Source: Antedon mediterranea
Taxonomy: Eukaryota; Animalia; Echinodermata
DNA length: 64,000 bases
Reading direction: 5' to 3'
NCBI RefSeq assembly: GCF_964355755.1
Contig: NC_092677.1
Location: forward strand, 15,708,101-15,772,100
Part shown: positions 47,319-59,797 of the stretch, one piece after another
Numbering within the stretch: position 1 is the first letter of the stretch
Layout: every line of letters begins with the position of its first letter
Made by a program: the position numbers and the translations under genes
Notes under the pieces: model-generated
Seen by the model: only the letters and a program-made list of their open reading frames with translations
Told to the model about the DNA's origin: nothing
The model's database searches: none

Positions 47319-50300
47319 GTGGTGTTATTATTATTATTATTATTCAGTTTCTCTTTGCCGAGTAATCTTCTGATTTCTCCGCCTGGGCTGCCTTGCTTAC
47401 TCTTTGTATCAGGTTTCTCCATTCCTTTCGTTTATTGGCCAACTTTCTAAAATATTAAACATCTTTCATTGTCTCCAGCATCATCATGCCAGGGGAGTTC
47501 ACCTTTTTTATGTCATTGTTTAAAGTAACTGGAAGTGTGCATTTAGGCCTACCTAAATGTATAAACGTATATTAAATGTATAAACGTATATTAAATCTAT
47601 CAAAATAGTATTTTTAAAAAAAATCTTTTTAAATTCAACATATATATGATTCTGTACTCAAGTTGTTTAAACGGTTTTCAGCTATTAAAAACAAATATCG
47701 TAGGAGGCGATAAATAAAGGTGAATCATCCTCATAGTGTGCGGGTATTTTTCAAGATGGACATTCATTAGACAGTGTATACCACGATCGAAACAAACCCC
47801 TGAACCTAAATTCGTTTTAATCGTCAATAACTAATTATCTAACTAAATTTTATTAGTGAACAGGGTTACATTAGGTGGGTAAAATCAGTACCGAAAGTAC
47901 GAACCAACTTTATATACCATCGATTAAACATTCTAGAAATAACGCGCGATTTACCGAATGTTGCCCTTACGTAAATGTATATAGATTGTAGCCAGTGTTC
48001 GAATTGAACCTTTCTTGGTCAATTTAGTCGGCGACTCGGTTAATTTGACCAGATGAAATCCAGTGCGACCGAGGTATAAGACAGTATTGTTAACCTTGGA
48101 TTAACAATCCACTGATGCCTACAGTATAAAACAGTAATACTGAAGTAAAATGATGGCAAAGGGCTAATTGCGGGGAAAAAAATGTTTATGTAACCCATTT
48201 TATTAAAAAAAAATCGGTTTCTTACCAGGGAGGAAGAGTTTAAGGTATCCAGTAAAATTCTTATGTTTTGGTAAACAAAATGTTATAAAAGAGAGGCATT
48301 AAACAATGTATTACTGAATTTTACCGGTTTTTGTGTTTTTATTCAACTTTAACTCCCACTAACAATTTTGTTATGCATTTTTTTTTATTTTCTTGGGAGT
48401 TATCGCCAGATATGGTAACATTAGGATTGAAGTAATTACTAGATTTTTACTATACTAAATTAAAAAAAGACTTTTTTTCCCCCGTGATTGATTGGTGTAC
48501 ATTTAACTATTAAAACTTCTTTACAATACACCCAGTCTGGTATTACCAATACCGTATAATATTAAAACGTGTTTATAAATTTCAACAGGACCATCGTACT
48601 CGTATAATAATCCATGCAACTACACTCGTCATTCAAATTGGTATGTAAACCTAACTTGTGACACTTGGAATGGCGAAGGACACGGTGATGACGTTGTTAT
48701 AAAAGGTTACACAATTCAGTATTGGCTCACCAAGTTCCCGAGTCGCGTTTACAACATCACTGTCAACAAACCTATGTCGTTGCAATATACGGTCTTACTT
48801 CATGTTAGCTATTCCTACTCACATCAGGTCACAGTGTTGGTGAACTATGAATCTAACGGAACTGATGTGGTCGGATCAAGGAGCCCTCTACTGAATATAT
48901 CGAAAGGTTTTCTGTATATTTATTGCTATATTCATGCTTTCCTTTAACATGTACGTTGTTTATTAAAACATTGTTTACTTTAAAATGTGTACATGTGCAC
49001 ACACTTTATATTTGATTGATTGATTTGACGTAACATGGATTTTAAAAATAACATATATATTTAAAATATGTCCAATTTTGTTATTAGTATGTGTTATTAG
49101 TTTTATTATTTCTATTATACCTTTTCCCCAAGCTGTTCGTCTAAACAAATAAACATTTTCTATTATAGCACCTATTATTTTTCATCTACTTTAACAATGC
49201 ATAGGGCTCTCAATTTGACGTATTTTTCCATGATGCTCACCACCAACCCAAATGGTTAATTAACTAGCAGTAACCCGGGCTCCGCACAGTCTTGTTCTGC
49301 CTTGATGTGGTCATATACTAATTTGCATGGGATGAGTATAAGTATATTAAAAGCGCAGTATTCCCTGATAAAAGTACTCTGAAAAATTAATTTAAAAAAA
49401 ACAAAATGTCAAGAATACAATTGTGTACTATTTACGGCCATTGATTTTGTTATACACGAAGTATTTCTTCACTTTGAAATATCTGTAAGCTAAAAAATGA
49501 AAGCAATATTGTATGAGATTTTAAGAAAATAAAAGAAGCTAAAGAGAAATTGTGGTTTCTTTCCTAGATGGTACGCTCGCTTCGCTCGCGTACCATCTAG
49601 GTCGTGCCCACAGATGGTTCTCGAATACATAGTAATTTCAGCGTTAACAAACTGGCGACTTCAAATGTACATGCAGGACAATAATACATGTCGTTTACAG
49701 GAACAAATAAATAAACACGGTGATTTATGTACTCAACTAAAATTAGCACCCCAGGAATTACTTCCGAAAAAGAAACTTGTCACAAAATAAGAAACAAACT
49801 GAATTTGTGTTTTGTATGTAACATTAGGGTTGAGGGATGGGGAAGAGGATGTGTGCAAAGACGAACAATTTTAAAATATATTCTTTATCGATTTAGTAAC
49901 GAAATATGAACTGTTTTAATGTTTTACAAATAATATACCACTAAACACAGTAAAACATTGCGATTTAATACTTTGTTGAAACTGTCACCGTCATAGTCGA
50001 TTGAAATAGTACAGTACATGTAACGATACATCACTAATACGACGTTTGTATTTGTTTGTAGTTACATTATTAATTAATACAAACGTTCAGAAGGAACTGT
50101 CGGTAATAAAGTAAACAAATCTATTCGGAATTCGTAAATTCACTTTAATCGTCAATAAATAATTATCTAACTCAACTTAATTAGTAGGCCTAATGGTCAA
50201 TTGTTTCTTAGAGCCAATTCATACTTAAGTTGTTTCCTAACCACCAAAGTTGTTCTGCGTTTAGGGCATGTGATCCTTCGTACTGTAGGCCTGTCCTCTA

Positions 50301-52459
50301 CTGGCTTTACAACGCTACTCATGCCAGTGAGGGGGAGGGTGGTGGTATTGGTGGTGGTTTAACTGCAATAATAAAGTTGATTGTACATAATAGACGGCGA
50401 CTGGAAAGGCTAGCTCATTATGCGCAAAAAAAAAAGATTCCACAGTTTGAAAAAAAATGGATCGAATTTCTGTTATGACTGTACTTGTCTTTACGTCGCC
50501 TGAGGGAATAGACACTTGTGGAACAGAGATTGGAATGTTCCATTTATCGCAGATCAAAACATTTGTATAAACGTAGGCCTATATTAAATCTATCAAAATA
50601 GTATTTTTTAAAGAAAATCGGCCTGTCTTCAACATTATGATGCTGTACTCGAGCTGTTCAACCGGTTTTCAGCTATTAAAAACAATTATCGTAGGAGGAG
50701 ATAGGAAAGTGCGAAGCATCCTCGCATTATTGTCTGCGGGTATTTTTCAAGTTGGACATCCATTGGACAGTGTATACCACGACCACAAAACACCCCTATT
50801 TGGGGCAAATCGTTGAACCTAAATTCGTTTTAAATGTCAATAACTAATTATCTAACTCAATTTAATTAGTAAAGATGGTTAAAATCAGCATCGAAAGTAC
50901 GAACCAACTTTATATACCATCGAGTAAAAATTCTAGAAATAAACCGCGATTTATCGAATTTTGCCCTTACGTAAATGTATATATAGATTAATCTAGGGTG
51001 CGCGTCAGAAAGTGACAACGTGCATGATGGTCTGTCAATCAGTCGGCATTTTAAAACATTTCAATAACATATGAATTGGTAATTTATAGAATTGAGATGT
51101 GAAGTATTGAAATACTAAAACTGCAGCTGCTTACGGACCTTAAATCAACACAAAAGTGCACATGGTGGTGGTAGTCGAAATTAGATGATGGACACTAACT
51201 ATATTGTTAAACATGAAAACGATTTTTTTATTTTATCTATAGGTATCAAAATAATACACAACGAAAAACATCCATATAGAAATAGAATTGTTAGTTTTTG
51301 AACTGACCTTATTGGAGACGAAATTTGTGGAAATGATTGCATATCAATATTTAATTTATGTTCTCTTATAATGTATATATTCTTCCATAGAAAATACACC
51401 AGACATTACTGGGTTCAGTGCGTCTGGTTTCTACATGATGAAGGAAGTCAACACTTTGCATATGCGTTCTTATACAAAGCAGCTTACGAAATATATTGTC
51501 AATTATGGAGTCGGCTTATGGGTAAATGATAACAGAACACATTTTGGGGAGAAAGAATTAAGTAGTAAAAATATGATAGAAATAATAAGAGAAAATCTAC
51601 TTGATTCAATTTTTACTCAAACTACAAGCTTCAACTCCCGCTCAGGTGTAGCATACGAGTTGTCGTTCCCCGGCAGTGTCGGTGTTCGAAGAGTCGGAGT
51701 AAAATACATGAGGACAGAATTTAATGGAATTGTTGCGTCGATACCAATGGTATTTTTAGCACAATATGGTACGTGTGAATAAAATGTGGATAAATGTTTC
51801 TATATTAACAAAACAACTGTAAGCCTATAGTACATTTTAAAAGCGGTGAGATGATTTACGTAAGTTCATTTTTAATTTATAGCTGAGATTGTAGCACAGA
51901 ACCGGACTATATCTACCAGTATTGGTGAATCTATTGAATTAGTGGTAACAACCAATAATACAGTTAACACTAATAATTTAAGATGGAAAAAAGACGGTAT
52001 TATTGATATTTTTGAATGGGATGGACTGAGTAACGTGACTATTGAGAATGTTCGGAGGAAGGATGATGGTATTTACGAATGCTACCAAGAGGGTCATCGG
52101 GACGAAGGACAGCATGCAATAGTACGAGTGATTGTAAGAGGTAAGATATTTTCAGCACGAATACCTTTTATTTTTCCATAATTTAATATTATATTACGTA
52201 ATAAACTTAATAACCACTCATAACAACAAAATATGACTTCTTTTGGCCTCATGTGCCTGAGCTATTTTTAAAGGAAATTTAATCATTCCATCTGTTAATT
52301 GTCATCTCCATTTCTTTAATTGTACTTGTTGCTTGTCTTGAGGTTTGATCTCTAAATCACGTTATAGTTTTGATACTTTGATAACTTTATTTCGTCCACA
52401 TAGGAAAATATTTTGAGTGCTTTTCACAAAATTGTACAAAAATATATAAAAACGTTTCA

Positions 52460-52499
<40 letters not shown>

Positions 52500-55400
52500 T
52501 ACAATATTTAAAAACACTATATATAGATTATTATTTTCCTGTCCAATGTTATTGTTCTTATCATTCTTTCCTTATATTTTCTTTGTGTTTATTTGAATTT
52601 GTGTTCCATTTTTGCCATTGCGTCTCTGCTTCGTAGGTGATACACTGGTTAAAAACTGTACGTGTCAGGCATAGCGGAATGTTACTCTTTTAAGTGTTTT
52701 TATTATATTTTCCAAAAGCATTCGAGTCAGTCTGTATTCTTTTTCCCGGTTCTTTTTATTGCTGTAATCCATTTTCATTATTTATCTCCAAACCTTGATG
52801 ATTTCGTTATTAAACCTTGATTTATTTTATCGTTTTTATAGGTGTCAAGTATTAATTATTCCGATGTTGTTACTTTCTTCGTTTAGTTCATTAAACAGTT
52901 TTTATACTGCGTTTGTGTTATATAATCTGCAAAGAGGATTGAGGAAGTTTATGGCAATTTTTTTCTATACATTTAGTTCCTTTGTCTAGAAAACTAAGAT
53001 CTAGAAAACTAAGACCTAAAATATCTTAGTTTTCTAGATCTTAGACACCCCTTTTTTAGTCTATAGGGACTAGTTTATTATAAACAACTTATTTTTAAAT
53101 CTTATGTCATAATAATTTTAAACTGAATAAAAAGCACAACACTTGCACTACAATTATTCCAATTATAATTCCTATGCAAATGCAAGTGAAGGCATTATTA
53201 TGAAGACGGGTCTTGCAAACAAAATTCTTCGGTTTTAATCTTAAAAAGTAGGCCTAATTGAAATAATTGTTACCAAGTAAAATTCAAAGAGTTTGTTTGA
53301 CACATCCCCATTAAATTTTCTGACCAATAAACCACAAAAGAATCACACATTGATTTAAATGAGCAATAATAAACAACCTATATTTCAGAGTGTCCCCGTG
53401 GGAAGTGGTTCCCTCCGGACTGTGAATTAGACTGCCCTGTATGTCACAATGGTGGTGTGTGTTCTGAATTTGGATCATGCGTCTGTCCTCCAGGCTTTAA
53501 AGGCGATAACTGTGAAGAAGGTAAATATTTTAAATTAACCGATTCAGTGCTTTCCGTTAACTCATTGTAGGTCTAGTCTTTACGCCGCTGTTTGACAAAC
53601 GAAAAAAAAACTTCCATTTCTGTTATAGGTAAATCTACTTATGTAATAATATATTTTATTATGTTTTCATTAAAATTACATAGCATGTGGAGATAACTCA
53701 TGGGGACGGGATTGTACAGTTGTTTGTAAATCTGGTTATAAATGCGAACCAGGGAATTTACACTGTTTACCTGATCCATATGGCTGCTCATGCTTTACAG
53801 GATATGAGGGATTGGAGTGTGATCACGGTAATGTAACCATTTTATAATAACACATAACTAAATGTTAAAGGTAGATTAAGATAGGTTGTCTAGTTTATTA
53901 GTTAGTTAAGAATTGGTTAAGGTAGGTCATAAAAAGCATTAGAATTATACATAAGCAGATGTATGATAATGGTATCATAAACATTTTTTTTAAATAAACA
54001 CCAACCAATAAAATGATCGATAATCAATAACCCGAGATTGAGAAGAAGATACTGTGCATGTTCAAGATAGCTGTTGATGACTAAAACACTCCAAATTTAT
54101 TTTAAAATATATAAAGCGCATCATTAGATATTTAATTCTTTTCAGAATGTGATACACAAACAACTGGCAGGTACGGAGCAAACTGCATGATGGAATGTCA
54201 CTGTGACACAAGTGAATGTTTCAAAACAGAGGGTTGTGTTGAGGGTGCCGTGTGCAACAGCAATTACACTGGGAAAACGTGCTTAGGTAATTGATACACC
54301 TAATACATGTAATCGTCACTAGACAATGCTAGCATGATACACATAACAACAATTACATTTTTTCGAGAAGTTATTTCAACGTAATAACATGGTTACTAGT
54401 TTAAGTTCAGTAAGCTATTGTATATTGTACAAGTTCAAAGTTTATTAATTGACAGCCGGAGTATAATTATTAAACTAATAATAATGTAAATATTTTTAAA
54501 TTTGAAAATGTGTTATTTCATTAGAAAGGAAGCCGGATGTTGTTTGCCCAGAGGGGTTCTATGACACAGAAAGAGAATGCACCAAAAGGTGTCATTGTAA
54601 ACATTCGTCAACTTGTAATCGTACCAGTGGACGTTGCCCAGACGGTGATCATTGCGCAGAAAGTTGGGCTGGCTTAGGCTGTCAACAAGGTAGGAATTTT
54701 AAAACAAAAAAAAAATTGTTTAGAAAGTCTTTCAACATTTACCACCCCGCCTAAAATTAAAGACTTTTGGTCGATACGTTATATTAACAGTCTATCCGCT
54801 ATACTGTAGATATCTTGACTTTCATGGCGTATCTATACATTTGGAAATGGAAAGGTTTATAATTTAAAGTACGGCCTCAAATATAAAATATAATAGCATG
54901 ATGTGAATGATATTACTTATATTATAACACTTCCGCATTAAAGTAAAGTAGTATTTCTCTTTTCCCTCGCACGGTGTGTCTCATCGGGGATGCTGATTGG
55001 TTATGGAATTTATTATTAATAAAATTTGTCCATGTATTTGTTTTCTGGTTTGTTGTAATTGATCCAAGCTGAAAAGCACCCGTGTCTATTGTACATTTGT
55101 GTCAATAATGGAAGTGTAATTTTTAAAAAGGGTTTTATATTAGTAAAGTTTGGCTTGCGGTTAACAAGTGTTTCGAAAAGCAAAGTAAGGTTGAGGCGTT
55201 CCGGTTGTTATTCTGCAATCAAAGCAACATGACGTTGAGCGCGGAAATCAAATGACACGACCTTAGTTCCACGCCCCTCACCAGACACCGCTAGTACTTG
55301 TCGCAGCCAGACATAAGTTCAAAGGCCTGTTATAACTTCCTATATTGTCAAGGCGAGCTCGGTGGATTGTTGTTAGATTGCTTTGCCACAACTGTTATAG

Positions 55401-58400
55401 TGGTTGTTTTTTAAATAGCCGATAATGATTCTCTACTATAAAATCCATTCATATCCCTATCTATTTCAGCCCTACCAGCACTGAGCGATGCCCCAGTTGT
55501 TGAAACGTTCGATAATGAAGTCAAAGTTTACTGGTCAAGGTGGACACCAAACAATGACTATGGTCAGGGGACAGTAACAAGTTATCAGCTACTTTTTTGG
55601 CCAACAACTAACCCTAACCCCACTACCAATATTAAACACTCAAACATTACAAACGGCGTTGAAACGAACTTATCTTGGACTCACATGAAGTACCACACAG
55701 AGTACAGTTTTGTCGTAAAAGTGTTTACAGAAGTTGGGCAAACATTAGCATTGGGAAAGGCAAGCCCTGCGGCAAAGCATACAATATGTAAGTAGTATAA
55801 TTCTATAAATAAAAAGCATGTCAAGCCTGTTCAGTCAGCTCTCCATCATCTCGGCCCTAGGCCACTCGGCGCCTACTTATTAGCTGATATTTTGAGTTAC
55901 GTTAAAGATACATCAATTATATTCAACTCCATTATTCATATCTATGATACACCACCGTATTTACTCCTATACATTAGGACAGAAATATTAAAATCAGTAA
56001 ATTATTCATATCCAGATCCACCGTCTTTACTCCTTCCACCATCGCTGCAGTCACGTGGCTCCTTGGGCGTCAACATTACATGGGATGAATGGACGTACGT
56101 CTTTGACAAGGGCATTGGCAATGTAACAGCCTACGTCATTGAATGGTGGGATGCAGTGTCTGCATATAACGTTAGTGCCATCAGGTATACCGGTGATCCC
56201 TCAGAAGGAATACTTATTCCAAATATCACGTATGATTCTATCTTGGTTGTCACCATCAGTACAGTGTATGTAGATGGCAGTGGCGAGCAAAAAGGAGAAC
56301 CCAGTCCAGTACTGGTCATTTTAAAAGGTTGGTCAAATGTCTTTTAAATGCTTACAAAATGCTAATGCTTAATATTTTATTTTACTATGCTAACCACTGT
56401 TGTGGATTTACTCATCAGCAGAAAGTGATTAATTACAAAGAATACCTACAGCAATCCAATAAGTACATAACTGGACGCAAATACCATTGAATGATACAAT
56501 ATACAATCAATTTTAGAAGTACTTTCAATTTCTTTTCAGAGAATTGCCCCTACGATTGGAAACTTTTTGAAGACACTTGTTATTTGTTAGATGGCAGTTT
56601 ACTTAACTGGAATGACGCTAACGCATTCTGTCAAAAACAAAATGCATCTTTGGTGTCTATAACATCACAAAGCAAAAATGAATACATTCAACAGATGGCA
56701 CAGGACAAATCCTATGATTATATTTGGATTGGCCTGAATTTCCAGAGCTTTTCTAAGAACTGGTATTGGACAACGGACGAGATACTTCTGTATACAAGTA
56801 TGGAGATTAGATAGTTTATATAACAACTCGATGTAGCTTCATACCTTAGATCCCCTATTAAGGGACACGAATAAACGTCGATGTTGAATCTATATTGAGG
56901 TCAATTTTTGTGGGTCCCGAAGGTCCGCGATCTTAATAGAGGCCCTACTAGAGGCATATAATAATATAAATATTTACATTTACATCAGTAATTATTTTCC
57001 ACAGACATTTTATGTAAGCTTATGTAAGTATTACGTACTGTTCACGATATTGTAATTTTTTTTTACCTAGAGTGGCAACAAGGAACACGAGACATCGCTT
57101 TGGGAGAGTGCGCATATTTCAATACATCGAATGGCTTGTGGTCAAATATGCTTTGCCAATCAAACAACACAGTAATGTGCGAGAACGGTATGTGTTACAG
57201 TTACTGCCCTTAATACTGCCGTAAGCGAAATCATTCTCTAAGCCTAGTTAGTTCGTACTTAGGACGCAACGACAGGATGCCCAATACTGTAGACGCAACG
57301 CAAGACACGGATTAACTGAACAATCGCTTGCCATTGGTCAGCTCCCTTTAGGTGCGCTTAAGTCCTTGCGCTACGTCTTGGTGGGAACCAAGCTATAAAC
57401 AAACACCTGTATTGCATAGTACCTTACTCCATTCTTTTATTTACCTAAATTGTACAAGATGGTATTTTTCTTCCAAATATTGAAGAAGTTTTAGTAGTTA
57501 TAACTATAGTACTTGGTTCTATTTCTAAATAGGTGTTCAATATTTTGGCTGCCTTGATGAAACTTGGTATGGTTATAAAGACGAATGTTACAAATACTTC
57601 ACCAATCCTACAACACATGATGAAGCCGCACAAAGCTGTCAAAGTATTCGAAATGCTGACCTAGCTAGTATCCATTCTTTAGATGAAGATGAGTTTGTAC
57701 AAACAATCATTCGGAATGTCCGCAAGCACACATGGCTTGGCCTTCACTACTTACAAGAATCTGGTAAAATTTGAATATTTATTTGCAGTCGATTGTATAT
57801 TTTAGTTATTAGATTACAGTTAAATATACTTTCATCGCTAAAATGCGTGCATAAATATTATTAAAAATGATTTGTAAAATTGATTATAAACTTTACAGTA
57901 CTGTATCTCCACTATGACAATGTGTCTAGTGTCAAAAATCTGTAATACAAGTTCTCATATGTTACACACATGCCTGTTTCATAACATGCATAGGCTAATG
58001 TCCAATAATTATACAGGTTTTATATGTAATTTTTGTGATGCTTTATCACAAAACGGGGTACTAGGCAAACTTAGATACACTCCTGAGAATTATATATACT
58101 GATGTACACATGATTTACGGTGGAATTATTCTACTATTTTCTGGAAAAACCAGATTCACTTACGTGCGTGCATAATTATATTTTTCTACGGACCGAACTA
58201 ATGAGCTCATATATCACCAATAATAATAGATGTTATCAATAACGATATTCACATTATTTATTTTATGTATATTTCTTTACAGATCTTCAATGGACTGATG
58301 GCACCGTTGTTGAGTATTTGATTAACGGATTTATTCAAACTGATATAGATGGCAAATGTGCAACATACAGTCAGGATGATCACATTTTCTCTTGGAAATT

Positions 58401-58663
58401 CATGGATTGTTCAACACAAAATGCATATGTGTGTAAGGATATAAGAGGTAACAAACACATAACAAATCTCGCGTTCTGAATTTTTTCTATCAAATGGGTA
58501 AACAATAGCCAACCTTGTTTAGATATAAAATGTACGTGTATTTTTTTTTCTTTCCACAGTTTAACTACTTATTTTTTTTCAGCATTAACCATTTACTTCC
58601 ACAGCAATTACCAAAAACAATGTCTCCCCCACAGAATATCAACTTGTTACTATTTTAATTTAA
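44316..58663 (+). CDS. Gene B: secreted mosaic protein, Tie-receptor-like ectodomain plus two C-type lectin domains (~1022 aa)
   Basis: 17 in-frame exons: 44316-44330, 45177-45210, 46157-46180 (signal peptide), 48589-48906 (FN3-like), 51391-51768, 51883-52140 (Ig, DGIYECY..HAIVRVIVR), 53389-53520, 53684-53827 (CLPDPYGCSC as in Tie EGF2), 54146-54286, 54525-54689 (EGF/laminin-EGF), 55470-55787, 56016-56327 (FN3), 56540-56797, 57071-57187, 57533-57763, 58283-58447 (2 CTLD), probable terminal 58605-58663 with AATAAA at 58662. Confidence 0.85.
45520..45664. mobile_element. Degenerate MITE family 1 copy
   Basis: AGCTTGGTTCGCACTAC ... CTAGTGAGAACCAAGCT termini; further relics near 30885-31020, 44965-45400 and 57243-57394. 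Confidence 0.65.
46455..47985 (-). mobile_element. Diverged, 3'-truncated copy of the same Helitron family
   Basis: Reverse-strand similarity to 33176-34330; 5' terminus A|TC at 47985; internal duplication. Confidence 0.75.
47283..47553 (-). mobile_element. RTE-like LINE 3' end with (AAT)n tail
   Basis: Minus frame GRPKCTLPVTLNNDIK...LANKRKEWRNLI...* followed by (AAT)n; TGTATAA on both sides. Confidence 0.6.
49564..50987 (-). mobile_element. Full-length copy of the same Helitron family with a replaced internal segment
   Basis: 5' A|TC at 50987; 3' palindrome CTAGATGGTACGC...GCGTACCATCTAG at 49564-49600; ~50190-50520 not homologous to copies 1 and 2. Confidence 0.8.
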
Positions 58664-59245
58664 TAAAGTAAGTATAAGTGTACAGAATATAGGCTAAACA
58701 AGAATACACACAATTGAGGAACCGCATGGAAATATTAATAAGATGATATTGGAAGTTACACAAGAATGCAATACCAGTTACAACATCGTGAAAAGCATTA
58801 ACTGTGTTCGGTGGTATGCAGACCACATCTACTGATCTAATTTAATAATTGACACTGCCGATATAAAAGGTATTATTATCATTATTATCCAAAAATCCCC
58901 TACTGTATAAAAGAAAATGATAAAATATTACAATGTATCCGTAATTTACGGTACGTGCAAACAAGTTGAACAATGGATGGATTAAAAATAATAAATGGAT
59001 GCTGTGATAAAACCGAATGTACATAACATCGAAATGTAAAGAACAATATTGATATGTTTTGCTAGTTATCGTCCTAGTTACTTCTCTTTTGTAATAAAAT
59101 TAATTTTGTTAGTTTCATAATTTATTATTTATGAGTAGGCCTATACGAATACCAAATATAATGGCATCCTGCCAAGAACTGTCGAGATGTCATTGCATGT
59201 TTACACAGTTCCAATTATTTTTGTTGCAAATAATATTATTAAGTT

Positions 59246-59705
59246 CATGGCAACAGCACGTGTTTATTAATATGGTGGTGTTACAAAAATTATATCTTAC
59301 GGCAAAACCTAAAGATTAATTTTGACATTGTGACCCACCTTACAAAATGATGTTGAAACAAAACATATTAAAATTGAACAATAATCTCCAGATGTTGCTA
59401 TTCACAAGGAATTATGTTCGTGTACATTGTCTTATGTTTAGTTCATATTAATTTAATAATAATGATTATTGATTAAATTGGCCCTATTTTGGGTCACATG
59501 ATTCTACATTATTCTTTTCCAAACAAAATCCATGGCAACAGCGTGTGTTTATTAATATGGTGATGTTACAAAATGTATATCTTACGGCAAAACCTAAACA
59601 TTAGTTTTGACATTGTGACCCGCCTTAACAAAATGATGTTGAAACAAAACATTATTAAAGTTGAACAATAGTTTCCAGATGTTACGATTCACAATAAATG
59701 TTCGT
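59246..59705. repeat. Direct duplication (~175 bp x2) upstream of gene C
   Basis: 59246-59422 matches 59531-59705; each ends in the CCAGATGTT...ATTCAC motif also found upstream of genes A (27292) and B (44227). Confidence 0.8.
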
Positions 59706-59797
59706 ATATAAAAGAATATTATTTCCAACATATTATCAGATATTTTCTTGTTGGCAACAGATGAAGATTCCAGACTATTTCAATGCTGTGTTTTAAT

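Larger units (their letters stand above)
46218..48075. mobile_element. Harbinger-like MITE split by a Helitron insertion
   Basis: Imperfect TIRs ACCTTGTTCGCACTGGA (46218) / TCCAGTGCGACCGAGGT (~48075), TAA near both ends. Confidence 0.55.

Noticed and set aside
47108-47450. Poly-N and poly-L ORFs resembling a signal peptide
   Set aside because: Derived from the (AAT)n tail of a LINE fragment.
52230-53045. Intronic region with a long poly-A run and a short CTAAGATCTAGAAAACTAAGA inverted repeat
   Set aside because: Probably a decayed retroelement plus a mini-MITE, but no frame gave a recognisable motif.
14370-58663. Idea of a functional sulfated-glycan cluster (two sulfotransferases plus lectins)
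   Set aside because: The enzymes are from unrelated families and compartments, and adjacency in an animal genome is not evidence of a pathway.
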